From: Thermoanaerobaculia bacterium
GTDB taxonomy: Bacteria > Acidobacteriota > Thermoanaerobaculia > UBA5066
DNA length: 64,000 bases
Direction: 5' to 3'
NCBI GenBank assembly: GCA_963816185.1
Contig: CAWFJJ010000005.1
Span: forward strand, 96,001 to 160,000
A model generated the notes under the pieces. The model saw only the letters and a program-made list of their open reading frames with translations, had not been told where the DNA came from and did not search any database. A program made the translations under genes and the position numbers. Shown here in pieces: positions 1 to 8,966 of the stretch. Position 1 is the stretch's first letter; every line of letters begins with the position of its first letter.

Positions 1-1826
1 GCTGGGAGCGGCGGAAATCCTCGGTCAAGAAGGCCGTGAAAGACATCGCCGACCAGCTCCTGAAGCTCTACGCACGCCGCGCGGCCGCGCCGGGGCATGC
101 GTTCTCGAAGGACTCGTCCTGGCAGAAGGAGTTCGAAGAGGCTTTCGAGTACACGGAGACGCCCGACCAGGCCGCGGCGATCCGCGACGTGAAGCGGGAC
201 ATGGAGTCGGACAAGCCGATGGACCGGCTGCTCTGCGGCGACGTGGGATACGGGAAAACCGAGGTCGCGATGCGGGCGATCTTCAAGTGCGTCCTCGACG
301 GCAAGCAAGCCGCGCTTCTTTCGCCCACGACGATCCTCTCGGACCAGCACTTCCGCACGCTGAAGAGGCGGTTCGCGGCGTTCCCGGTGGCGATCGACAT
401 CCTGACGCGTTTTCGCGGGAAGGATGAGCAGAAGGAGCTGCTCCGGCGCCTTCAGGAGGGAACGCTCGACGTCGTGGTCGGGACGCACCGGCTCTTGAGC
501 AAAGACGTCGCGTTCAAGGACCTCGGCCTTCTCGTCGTGGACGAGGAGCAGCGCTTCGGCGTGGCGCAGAAGGAGCGCATCAAGGACTGGCGCGCGTCGG
601 TGGACGTCCTCGCGATGTCGGCGACTCCGATTCCGCGCTCTCTCCACCTGTCGCTCGCGGGCATCCGCGACCTGTCCGTCATCGAGACGCCGCCGAAGGA
701 TCGCCTCGCGATCGCGACGCACGTCGTGCCGGTGGACGATGCGGTCATCCGCGACGCGATTCGCGCGGAGGTCGACCGCGGAGGGCAGGTTTTTGTCGTC
801 CACAACCGGATCGAGTCGCTCGGCTTCTGGCGCGAGAGGCTCGCGACGCTCGTGCCGGAAGTCCGGGTCGTCACGGCCCACGGGCAGATGTCGGAAGGCG
901 AGCTCGAGCGTGCGATGCGCGCGTTCGTCACACGAGCGGCCGATCTCCTGCTCGCCACGACGATCGTCGAGAACGGCCTCGACATCCCGTCGGCGAACAC
1001 GATGCTCATCGACCGTGCCGAGATGTACGGTCTTTCGCAGCTCTACCAGCTCCGCGGGCGCGTCGGTCGCAGCGACAAGGCCGCGGAGTGCTGGCTCCTC
1101 GTCCCGCCCGGGATCGCGGTCTCGGACGACGCGCGACGGCGCCTCCGCGCGATCCAGGAATTCTCGGATCTCGGCGCGGGATTCCGCATCGCGGCGAAGG
1201 ACCTCGAAATCCGCGGCGCGGGAAATCTCCTCGGCGGGGAGCAGTCCGGGCATATCGAGTCGGTGGGATTCGAGACCTACGTGAACCTCCTCGAGGAGGC
1301 GATGGCCGAGTTGAAGGGCGAGCCGATGCCCGAGACGCGCGACGTGACCATTCAGCTCGGCGTGCCGCTCGCAATTCCTGCGGCGTGGATTCCCGAAGAA
1401 AGCCTGCGCATGGCCCTGTACAAGAGAATCGCCGCGGCGTCCGACGAGGAGACGCTCCGGCTCGAGGCCGCGACCGCGGCCGACCGCTACGGCACGCCCC
1501 CGCCGGCGTTCTCCCGGCTGCTCGACCTCGCACGCCTCCGCCTCCTCGCGCGCGCCCTCGGCGTCAAGGCGCTCCGGCGAAGAGGCGACGAGCTAGCCGC
1601 CTCGCTGGAGAAAGATCACGGCCTCGATCCCGACAAGGTCGTCGCGGTGCTCCGGAAGGGGGATCTCTTCGCATCCGGCCCCGATGCCTTCCGGCTACCG
1701 AGGGCGTTCGCCGGAATTCCGGCCGACGGCGTGGGCGTCCCCGGCCGCGCGGCGCGCGTCCTCCTCGATCTCGCCGGAAAGCATGGCGCGGCTCTGCCTC
1801 TTTCGCTTCTCGCGGAGGCCGTGTGA
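1..1826 (+). CDS. mfd: Transcription-repair coupling factor (5' end outside the window)
   Basis: Motifs DRLLCGDVGYGKTEVA, VVDEEQRFG, MSATPIPR, QLRGRVGRS, DLEIRGAGNLLG; the frame is open to the window edge. Confidence 0.97.
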   Translation, partial: WERRKSSVKKAVKDIADQLLKLYARRAAAPGHAFSKDSSWQKEFEEAFEYTETPDQAAAIRDVKRDMESDKPMDRLLCGDVGYGKTEVAMRAIFKCVLDGKQAALLSPTTILSDQHFRTLKRRFAAFPVAIDILTRFRGKDEQKELLRRLQEGTLDVVVGTHRLLSKDVAFKDLGLLVVDEEQRFGVAQKERIKDWRASVDVLAMSATPIPRSLHLSLAGIRDLSVIETPPKDRLAIATHVVPVDDAVIRDAIRAEVDRGGQVFVVHNRIESLGFWRERLATLVPEVRVVTAHGQMSEGELERAMRAFVTRAADLLLATTIVENGLDIPSANTMLIDRAEMYGLSQLYQLRGRVGRSDKAAECWLLVPPGIAVSDDARRRLRAIQEFSDLGAGFRIAAKDLEIRGAGNLLGGEQSGHIESVGFETYVNLLEEAMAELKGEPMPETRDVTIQLGVPLAIPAAWIPEESLRMALYKRIAAASDEETLRLEAATAADRYGTPPPAFSRLLDLARLRLLARALGVKALRRRGDELAASLEKDHGLDPDKVVAVLRKGDLFASGPDAFRLPRAFAGIPADGVGVPGRAARVLLDLAGKHGAALPLSLLAEAV

Positions 1827-2686
1827 GGCGCCGGCCGGCCCCCCTCGTCTCGGTGCTCGTCGTGCTCTGCGCCGCCGGGGGCTGCGCGAAGAAGGGCGGC
1901 CCCCGCGCCGCGGCCCGGCCGGAGACCGTCGCGATGGTCGGCGAGAGGCCCGTCACGCTCGACGAGTTCATGGCCTGGGCGAAGAAGGCGACGAGCGAGG
2001 ATCTGGTGAACGTCTCGCCGCGCGTCCTCTCGAGCCTCCTCGATCAGTACCTCGAAGAGCAGCTGCTGGCGCGGGCGGTCGAAGCTGCCGAGCCTCCGGT
2101 CCCGGGCGCGAATCCCGCGGAGAAGCGCCGTGCGTTTCTCGCCCGCTCGGCCGGGCTCGAGACGCTTCAGGACTCGGACTTCCGAAGAGAATACGACGCC
2201 CACCCCGAACGCTACAAGAGGCCGGCCCTCGTCCGCGCCTCGCAGCTTCTCTTCCCGACGAAGGAAAGCGCCGACGCCGCCGTGAAACGGCTCGATCTCG
2301 GCGCTGCCTGGCTGGACGTGTCGAAGGAATCCAGTATCGCGCCGAACGCCGCGTCCGGCGGTTCGCTCGGCCTGCTGGCTCGCACGGACCTTCCGCGCGA
2401 GTTCGAAAAAGCCGTGTGGAGCCTTCCCGCGGGTATGAGGAGCCCGGTGGTCGCGACGCCGCACGGCTTCCACGTGTTTCGGATGGACGAGCGGCTGGAC
2501 GCGCGCGACGTGACGTTCGAAGAGGCGCTGCCGGCGCTTCGGGTGGCTGTGGCCGAGGAGCGGAGCTCGAAAGCCGTGGAGGATACGATTGCCGGAGCGC
2601 GCCTCCGCTTCCCCTTGACCGTCATCGAGGATCACTTGCCCTTCCCTTACGTCGGAACGAACGCCCACCACCCGGCCCAGCGGTGA
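1823..2686 (+). CDS. Parvulin/PpiC-type peptidyl-prolyl isomerase, probable lipoprotein
   Basis: GTG overlaps the mfd stop (GTGA); signal peptide with lipobox-like AGGC; rotamase motifs GGSLG, FEKAVWSL, TPHGFHV. Confidence 0.85.
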   Translation: MRRRPAPLVSVLVVLCAAGGCAKKGGPRAAARPETVAMVGERPVTLDEFMAWAKKATSEDLVNVSPRVLSSLLDQYLEEQLLARAVEAAEPPVPGANPAEKRRAFLARSAGLETLQDSDFRREYDAHPERYKRPALVRASQLLFPTKESADAAVKRLDLGAAWLDVSKESSIAPNAASGGSLGLLARTDLPREFEKAVWSLPAGMRSPVVATPHGFHVFRMDERLDARDVTFEEALPALRVAVAEERSSKAVEDTIAGARLRFPLTVIEDHLPFPYVGTNAHHPAQR

Positions 2687-2725
2687 AAGCGGGACCCCGG
2701 CCCGGTTTTCGCTAGACTGCTCCTC

Positions 2726-3769
2726 GTGAAGTCATTCCGGCTCTCTCGCGTCCTTCCCTTCGTCGTGCTGGCCGCGGTCACGTTCGTCTCCGTGCCGCTC
2801 TTGGCCGGCGAGGTCATCAATCGCATCCTCGTCCACGTGAACTCGCGCATCATCACGCAGAGCCAGTTCGACGCGCGCGTCGAGCAGAACATGCGCGAGA
2901 ACGGCCCCCCGCCCGACGCCGCCAGAGGCGAGGAGATGAAGAAGAGCGTGATGCTGGAGCTCGTAAACGAGGCGCTCCTCGAAGACCGCGCCAGGGAGCT
3001 CGACCTCGTCACGACCGACGCCGAGATCGAGGATCAGATCAAGCGGCTCAAGGAGCAGAACAACGTCACGACGGACGAGGACTTTTCGAAGGCCCTCGCC
3101 CAGTCGGGTCTCACGATCGACCGCCTGCGCGACCAGCTCCGCCGTACCGTGACGCTGCAGCGCGTCGTGGGACGCGAGGTGAACAGCAAGGTCGACCTGT
3201 CCGACGACGCCCTGCGCATCATCTACGAGCGTGAGAAAGAGACCTGGCGGGTGCCCGAGAAGGCGCATCTCGCAGAGATCCTCGTGTCGAACAGCGACGA
3301 TCCCGCGCGGGCGGCACGCCGGGCGAAGGAGGCGTCGGACCTCATCAAGGGCGGCGCGAAGTTCGAGGAGGTCGTGAAGGACTATTCCGACGGCGCGACG
3401 AAGAACCGGGGCGGCGACCTCGGACTCGTCACGAAAGGCGAGCTCACCGACGAGATCGACAAGGCCGTGTTCTCGCTGCCCGTCGGCTCGGTGTCGGACC
3501 CGATCGGGACGAAGTTCGGCTGGCACCTCGTGAAGGTGATCGACAAGATCCCGGTTTCCTACAAGCCGTTCGCCGACGTGAAAGCCGAGCTGTTGAAGCG
3601 CGAACAGGACACCCAGTTCCAGAAGAAGCTCGCCGAGTATCTCGACAAGCTCAAGAGCGACGCCGTCATCCGCGTCTCGCCGCAAGGGCAGGCGTATTAC
3701 ACGCCTCCGGCGGGTGTCGCAGTGCCGACGCCGGCACCGGCGCTCACGGGGAAGAAAAAGAAGAAGTAG
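2726..3769 (+). CDS. SurA-like periplasmic chaperone / peptidyl-prolyl isomerase
   Basis: Signal peptide; SurA-type N-terminus (INRILVHVNSRIITQSQF); rotamase motifs GGDLG, KFGWHLVKV. Confidence 0.88.
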   Translation: MKSFRLSRVLPFVVLAAVTFVSVPLLAGEVINRILVHVNSRIITQSQFDARVEQNMRENGPPPDAARGEEMKKSVMLELVNEALLEDRARELDLVTTDAEIEDQIKRLKEQNNVTTDEDFSKALAQSGLTIDRLRDQLRRTVTLQRVVGREVNSKVDLSDDALRIIYEREKETWRVPEKAHLAEILVSNSDDPARAARRAKEASDLIKGGAKFEEVVKDYSDGATKNRGGDLGLVTKGELTDEIDKAVFSLPVGSVSDPIGTKFGWHLVKVIDKIPVSYKPFADVKAELLKREQDTQFQKKLAEYLDKLKSDAVIRVSPQGQAYYTPPAGVAVPTPAPALTGKKKKK

Positions 3770-3777
3770 CCGCCGGC

Positions 3778-4917
3778 TCAGCTCGCGATCAGCTCGGCGC
3801 GCCAGCGGGACAGCCCGCCTTGCTCGACGAGGAGATCCGCCGTGAGACGTCCATTCGCGCGGCGCGCGCGCGCCGCTGCGGTCAGGACCGCACGGGACGC
3901 GAGGATGCCGGGGTCGAGCCCGAGCGTCGCGGCTTTCGCGTCACGTGACTTCTTGAGGGTCTCCACCTCGCGCTCGAGCGCAGGATCGACCTCGATCCGC
4001 TCGCCGCGACGAGCCTTCGGCCATTCGGCCGGTGTGAGAGCGCCGGTGCGCGCGAGAACCTCGTCGAGGGCTCCCGCGAACGAATCCGGCAGCGAGCGCG
4101 GGCCGGGGAACAGCTTTCTCAGATCTCGTTCGCCGCCGGCGGCCGTCTTTGCCGCGAGGAGCAGGCGCTCGTTCGTGAGGACGCGGAACGGGGGCAGGTC
4201 GAGAGCGCGGGAGCGGGTCTCGCGCGCCTGCCACAGGGCGCGCGCGAACGCGCGTTCCTTGTCCGTGAAGGCGTTCGTCCCCTTGATCCGCCAGTCGTTC
4301 TCCGGGTCGGCTTCACGCCCGGCGGGAAAAACCGTCCCGGCCAGCCGGGCGCATTCCTCGGCGTGCCACGCGAGCCGGCCCTTGACCTCGAGGTCCCGCG
4401 TGAGCGACTCCACGAGCGCGGCGAGGTGGAGGACGTCCGCGGCGGCGTAGGCGACCATCGGCGGCGTGAGCGGCCGCGCGCTCCAGTCGGCTCTCTGGTA
4501 CTTCTTGTCGAGACTGACACCCGCGCGGGCGGAGAGGAGCGCCGCCAGGCCGATCTCCTTTTCGCCGACCAGCTGCGCCGCGAGCATCGTGTCGAAGATG
4601 GAGGCCGCGCGAAAGCCGTATCCCCGAAAGAGGAGCCTGAGGTCGTAGTCGGCGCCGTGCATGAGAAGCCGGCGGGGAGCGAGCCGCTCGAGGAGAGCGG
4701 GGAGGTCGAGCGGCGCGAGCGGGTCCACGAGGTAGGCCGTGCCGTTCCAGGCGAGCTGCAGGAGGCAGACTTTCTCGAAGTAGTGGTGGAACGAGTCCGC
4801 CTCCGTGTCTAGCGCGACGTCGGCCTCGGACCGCTCGTCGAGGGCGCCGAGGAGGTGAACGAAAGAGTCCGGGTCGTGCACAAGTCGCGGGGTCGACGGG
4901 GTCGCGGAAGCGGTCAC
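3778..4917 (-). CDS. rnd: Ribonuclease D (DEDDy exonuclease + HRDC)
   Basis: C-terminal part of the 1049-aa track ORF: VALDTEADSFHHY, HGADYD, FDTMLAA, DWSARPL, YAAADV, PPFRVL; start placed at GTG 4917. Confidence 0.88.
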   Translation of the reverse strand: MTASATPSTPRLVHDPDSFVHLLGALDERSEADVALDTEADSFHHYFEKVCLLQLAWNGTAYLVDPLAPLDLPALLERLAPRRLLMHGADYDLRLLFRGYGFRAASIFDTMLAAQLVGEKEIGLAALLSARAGVSLDKKYQRADWSARPLTPPMVAYAAADVLHLAALVESLTRDLEVKGRLAWHAEECARLAGTVFPAGREADPENDWRIKGTNAFTDKERAFARALWQARETRSRALDLPPFRVLTNERLLLAAKTAAGGERDLRKLFPGPRSLPDSFAGALDEVLARTGALTPAEWPKARRGERIEVDPALEREVETLKKSRDAKAATLGLDPGILASRAVLTAAARARRANGRLTADLLVEQGGLSRWRAELIAS

Positions 4918-4978
4918 CTCCGGAGAGGGTACACCGCGGGGGCGCCAGCCGCAACATCTCTCCCGGCAGGGATTTCCC

Positions 4979-5047
4979 TTGACGCCCTGCCTCTTTTCGC
5001 CGGATACTCGCGAGTGGAAAAAAGTGGTTAGTAATGGCGTCTTGTGG
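4979..5047 (+). promoter_or_regulatory. dcw promoter with four MraZ-binding boxes
   Basis: TTGACG (4979) and GATACT (5003), then GTGG/GTGG/ATGG/GTGG at 5014, 5024, 5034 and 5044, an exact 10-bp period typical of MraZ operators. Confidence 0.8.
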
Positions 5048-5100
5048 ATCCGAAGGGATTCTCGCGACGCCAGCCCCGGCTTTTGTCCCAGAGGAACATT

Positions 5101-5547
5101 ATGGACCGGCTTAGAGGCAGCGCGGAAACGACGGTGGACGAGAAGGGCCGCTTCAAGGTCCCGTCCGTCTTCCGCGGGCCGATCGAGGAGACGTTCGGGC
5201 CCGAGTTCTTCCTGACGTCCATTTCCGGTGTCGACGTTCTGATCTTTCCGATGCCCGTCTGGAACGCGCTCGAGGAGAAGCTCGCCGCGATGCCCGCGAT
5301 CCATCGCGCGAAAGCGAAGTTCCAGGAGCGTTTCAACACGTATGGACAGGTCGCGCGGATGGACGCGCAGGGCCGGCTTCTCGTGCCCTCGCTCCTGCGC
5401 GAGGTTTCGGCGCTCGAGGGCGATGCGCTCGTTCTCGGCCAGACCGACCACCTGAAGCTCGTCGATCGCGCAAAGCATCTCAAGAGCCTGCGCTCGGCCA
5501 CGATCACGGATGAGGACTACGACGAACTCGCTCGCCATCTCGTCTGA
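5101..5547 (+). CDS. mraZ: Division/cell-wall cluster transcriptional repressor MraZ
   Basis: Two DxxGR motifs (VDEKGRF, MDAQGRL); first gene of the dcw cluster; SD AGAGGA before ATG 5101. Confidence 0.93.
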   Translation: MDRLRGSAETTVDEKGRFKVPSVFRGPIEETFGPEFFLTSISGVDVLIFPMPVWNALEEKLAAMPAIHRAKAKFQERFNTYGQVARMDAQGRLLVPSLLREVSALEGDALVLGQTDHLKLVDRAKHLKSLRSATITDEDYDELARHLV

Positions 5548-5553
5548 CCCGCC

Positions 5554-6525
5554 ATGGCCGAAGCCGGCATGGCCCACGTCCCGGTCCTGCTCCGGGAGGT
5601 CGTCGCGGCGCTCCGGCCGGAGCGCGGCGGAATCTACGTCGACGCGACGATCGGCCTCGGCGGCCACGCACAGGCGCTCCTCGAAGCCTCTCGCGACGTG
5701 CGTGTCGTCGGGATCGATCGCGATCCCGAAGCCCTGCGCCTCGCGAGAGAGCGGCTCACGGCGTTCGGGACACGCCTCGTCCTCGTGGAAGGTCGCCACG
5801 AGGACCTCGCGGAGCATCTCGATCGCCTCGGCCTCGCGCGGGTCGACGGGGTCCTCGCGGATCTCGGCGTCTCGTCGATGCAGCTCGACCGGGCGGAGCG
5901 AGGGTTTTCGTTCATGAAAGAAGGTCCGCTCGACATGCGCATGGGCGCCGACGGGCCGACGGCCGCCGACCTCGTGGCGACGGCCTCTCGCGAGGAGCTG
6001 ACGCGGATTTTCCGCGAATGGGGGGAGGAGCGCATGGCGGGACCGATCGCCCGTACGGTGGTGGAAGCTCGGAAGACGACTCCGATCCGAACGACCGGCG
6101 AGATGAGGCGGCTCGTGCTGAAGGTGATCAAGCCGCGGCGCGAGAAGCACAAGGATCCCGCGACCCGAGTCTTCCAGGCCCTGCGCATCGCGACGAATCA
6201 CGAGCTCGTCGAGCTCGAGCGGTTTCTCGACGATGCGATCGCACGACTCGCGCTCGGCGCCCGGCTCTCCGTGCTTTCGTATCACTCTCTCGAGGACCGC
6301 ATCGTCAAGCGCGTGTTCCAGCGCCACACGGCGGGCTGCACGTGCCCGCCCTCGTTCCCGGTGTGCGTGTGCTCGCGACGCCGCGTCATGGCCCTTGTCA
6401 CGCGCAAGTCCATTCGGCCCTCGCTGGCCGAGCTCGGCGGGAATCCCCGGGCGCGCTCGGCGCGGATGCGCGTGCTCGAGCGCGTCGCCGAGGACGGCGC
6501 CGGTCCGCTCACGCCTCAAGGTTAG
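5554..6525 (+). CDS. rsmH: 16S rRNA m4C1402 methyltransferase
   Basis: HVPVLL, DATIGLGGH, DLGVSSMQLD, PLDMRM, FQALRIA, SYHSLEDRIVK, NPRARSA. Confidence 0.97.
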   Translation: MAEAGMAHVPVLLREVVAALRPERGGIYVDATIGLGGHAQALLEASRDVRVVGIDRDPEALRLARERLTAFGTRLVLVEGRHEDLAEHLDRLGLARVDGVLADLGVSSMQLDRAERGFSFMKEGPLDMRMGADGPTAADLVATASREELTRIFREWGEERMAGPIARTVVEARKTTPIRTTGEMRRLVLKVIKPRREKHKDPATRVFQALRIATNHELVELERFLDDAIARLALGARLSVLSYHSLEDRIVKRVFQRHTAGCTCPPSFPVCVCSRRRVMALVTRKSIRPSLAELGGNPRARSARMRVLERVAEDGAGPLTPQG

Positions 6526-6534
6526 GCCCAGTCC

Positions 6535-6915
6535 ATGGCCTACGCGGTCCGTCGCCCGGTCGAAAACGTCTATCTCGTGCGGGAACGCGACCGGCGGCGA
6601 ACGCGCGAGCTCGTCGCCCTCGCCCTGGCGGCGGTGCCGCCGGCGATCGTCCTCTTTCTCGCGATCTGGGCGAACCTCGAGACGGTGCGCCTCGGGTACC
6701 AGCTCGCGACGCTCTCGCGCATGCGAGAGACGCTGCTCGAGAGGAGACACCTGCTCGAGATGGACCGCGCGCAGGCTCTGGCGCTTCAACGCGTTGAGCG
6801 AATCGCGCGCGGCACGCTCGGCCTCGTGCCGCCCACTCTCGATCAGGTCATCCTCGTGAAGGACACGGCTCTCGCCCCGCCACCGGCGCCCACGCCGGGA
6901 AAGGCCCTGCCCTGA
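6535..6915 (+). CDS. ftsL: Cell division protein FtsL
   Basis: Single TM helix plus coiled coil, RVERIAR..LGL; located between rsmH and ftsI. Confidence 0.85.
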   Translation: MAYAVRRPVENVYLVRERDRRRTRELVALALAAVPPAIVLFLAIWANLETVRLGYQLATLSRMRETLLERRHLLEMDRAQALALQRVERIARGTLGLVPPTLDQVILVKDTALAPPPAPTPGKALP

Positions 6916-8966
6916 GCGCCGCACCACGTCCGGACCGCCGGGCCCTGCTCCTGCTCGCGGGGGTCGGTCTCTGGATCCTCGTTCTTTTCGTGCGGCTCGT
7001 GGACCTGCAGGTCCTGAGGCGGGACGAGTTCCAGCGCCGCGCCCGAAGGCAGCAGGAACGCACGGTCGAGCTCGCCCCGCGGCGCGGCATCATCCAGGAC
7101 GCGGACGGCACGCTTCTGGCGGTGAACGCGCGCGCCGACTCGGTCTTCGCGATCCCGTCCGACGTGGCCGATGCCGAGAAGGAGGCCGCGCTGCTCGCGC
7201 CGCTCCTCAAGCATCCGGTGAGAGACCTTGCGAAGAAGCTCGCGAGCCCGGATCGTGACTTCATCTGGCTTTCGCGCCGCGTGAGCGACGCCGTGGCGGC
7301 GCGCGTGCGCGGTCTCGTCGCCGAAAAGCGCCTTCCGGGCATCCAGCTCGTGGCCGAGTCGACGCGCCGCTATCCCGAGGGAACGCTCGCGGCGGCCGTA
7401 CTGGGATACGTGGGAACCGACAACCAGGGGCTCGCGGGTCTCGAGTATCGCTTCGACGCCGACGTGCGCGGCAAGCCCGCGCGCGTGACGCTCCTCCGCG
7501 ACGCGGCGCAGCGGCCCTACGCGACCCGGGCTCGCGAAGGCGGCGAGGCGCCGCGCGAGGGCTACGAGGGCGCGCGGCTGACCCTCACGATCCGGACCTC
7601 GATCCAACACGCGGCCGAGCGCGAGCTCGCGAAGGTCATGGCGGAGTTCCATCCGCGCGGGGCCTCCGCAGTCGTCCTCGATCCGGCGTCGGGCGCGATC
7701 CTCGCGCTCGCCTCGTTCCCCACCTTCGATCCGAACCATTACGGCGACGTGGACGCCGAGGCACGGCGCTGCCGGCCGCTCGCGGACGTCTACGAGCCGG
7801 GCTCGACGTTCAAAATCGTGGCCGCCGCGACGGCCTTGGATTCCGGAACGATCTCTCTCGACGACCCGATCGACTGCGGCGGGGGCACGCTCACGATCGG
7901 GACGACCACGATTCACGAGCACGGCGGAATGGGCTGGAGCACTCTGACGATCGGCGACATCCTCGTCCATTCCTCGAACATCGGGATCGCGCACGTCGCA
8001 ATGACGCTCGGCCGCGCTTCGTTCTACAAGGCCGTCCGGGCGTTCGGTTTCGGGGAGAAGACGGGCGTCGAGCTGGAGGGGGAGACCGCGGGGCTGGTCG
8101 AGGAGACGTCGGGCTGGAGCGCGCTCACGCTGCCGACGATGGCGTTCGGCCAGGAGATCGGCGTCACGGTGCTTCAGATGGCGCGTGCGTACGCCGCGAT
8201 CGCGAACGGCGGCGTGCTGCCTCCGATCCATCTCGTGGATTCGATCGGTGACTCGAATCAGAGCCTGGATGCGGCGAATCGAAGAATCGAGCGGCCCGCC
8301 CCGCGGCGCCTCATGAGCGAGGACACGGCACGCCGGCTGCGGATCCTCCTCGCGAGGGTCGTCGAGATGGGAACGGGAAAAGCCGCCGCGATTCCAGGCT
8401 ACACCGCAGCCGGCAAGACGGGCACGGCGCAGAAGGCGGTGCCGGGGGCCGGGTATTCGAAGGACCGCACCGTGGCTTCCTTTATAGGATTCGCGCCCGC
8501 CGAAAAGCCGCGCGTCGTGATCGCGGTCGTCGTGGACGAGCCGAAGGGGAAGACTTACGGCGCCGAGGTCGCGGCGCCGGCCTTCTCGGCGATCGGAGCC
8601 GACGTCCTCAGGATCCTGAGGGAGCCCTCCGCTCCGGTCGACGCCACGCGTCCCTCCCTCCTCACCGCCGACCTCGGCGCGGGAGCTGCGGCCGTCGCGC
8701 TCAGCGCCCGTCTGAATGCCGACGACCTGGTGCCTGCGGCGAACCGGACCGAGAGGGCCGGCGAGAGCGCGGACCGCGTGCCGGACGTCTCCGGCAAGAG
8801 CGCGCGCGACGCCGTGCGGCTCCTCGCATCCCGCGGCCTTTCCGCGCGGCTTTCGGGAGACGGGTTCGTCGTGTCGCAGGAACCTCCCGCGGGGTCACCC
8901 GCCGAACGGGGGGGAGCGTGCGCGCTCCAGCTCGCTCAGCGGATCGCGCCGGGAGAGACGCCATGA
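6912..8966 (+). CDS. ftsI: Class B penicillin-binding protein FtsI with C-terminal PASTA domain
   Basis: RRGIIQD, EPGSTFK (SxxK), HSSNIG (SxN), GKTGTAQK; the TM anchor is only included if translation starts at CTG 6912 (track start is 6990). Confidence 0.92.
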   Translation: MSAAPRPDRRALLLLAGVGLWILVLFVRLVDLQVLRRDEFQRRARRQQERTVELAPRRGIIQDADGTLLAVNARADSVFAIPSDVADAEKEAALLAPLLKHPVRDLAKKLASPDRDFIWLSRRVSDAVAARVRGLVAEKRLPGIQLVAESTRRYPEGTLAAAVLGYVGTDNQGLAGLEYRFDADVRGKPARVTLLRDAAQRPYATRAREGGEAPREGYEGARLTLTIRTSIQHAAERELAKVMAEFHPRGASAVVLDPASGAILALASFPTFDPNHYGDVDAEARRCRPLADVYEPGSTFKIVAAATALDSGTISLDDPIDCGGGTLTIGTTTIHEHGGMGWSTLTIGDILVHSSNIGIAHVAMTLGRASFYKAVRAFGFGEKTGVELEGETAGLVEETSGWSALTLPTMAFGQEIGVTVLQMARAYAAIANGGVLPPIHLVDSIGDSNQSLDAANRRIERPAPRRLMSEDTARRLRILLARVVEMGTGKAAAIPGYTAAGKTGTAQKAVPGAGYSKDRTVASFIGFAPAEKPRVVIAVVVDEPKGKTYGAEVAAPAFSAIGADVLRILREPSAPVDATRPSLLTADLGAGAAAVALSARLNADDLVPAANRTERAGESADRVPDVSGKSARDAVRLLASRGLSARLSGDGFVVSQEPPAGSPAERGGACALQLAQRIAPGETP

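Noticed and set aside
3778-6927. 1049-aa minus-strand ORF
   Set aside because: Only the last ~379 aa (RNase D) are real; the rest is antisense shadow of mraZ-rsmH-ftsL
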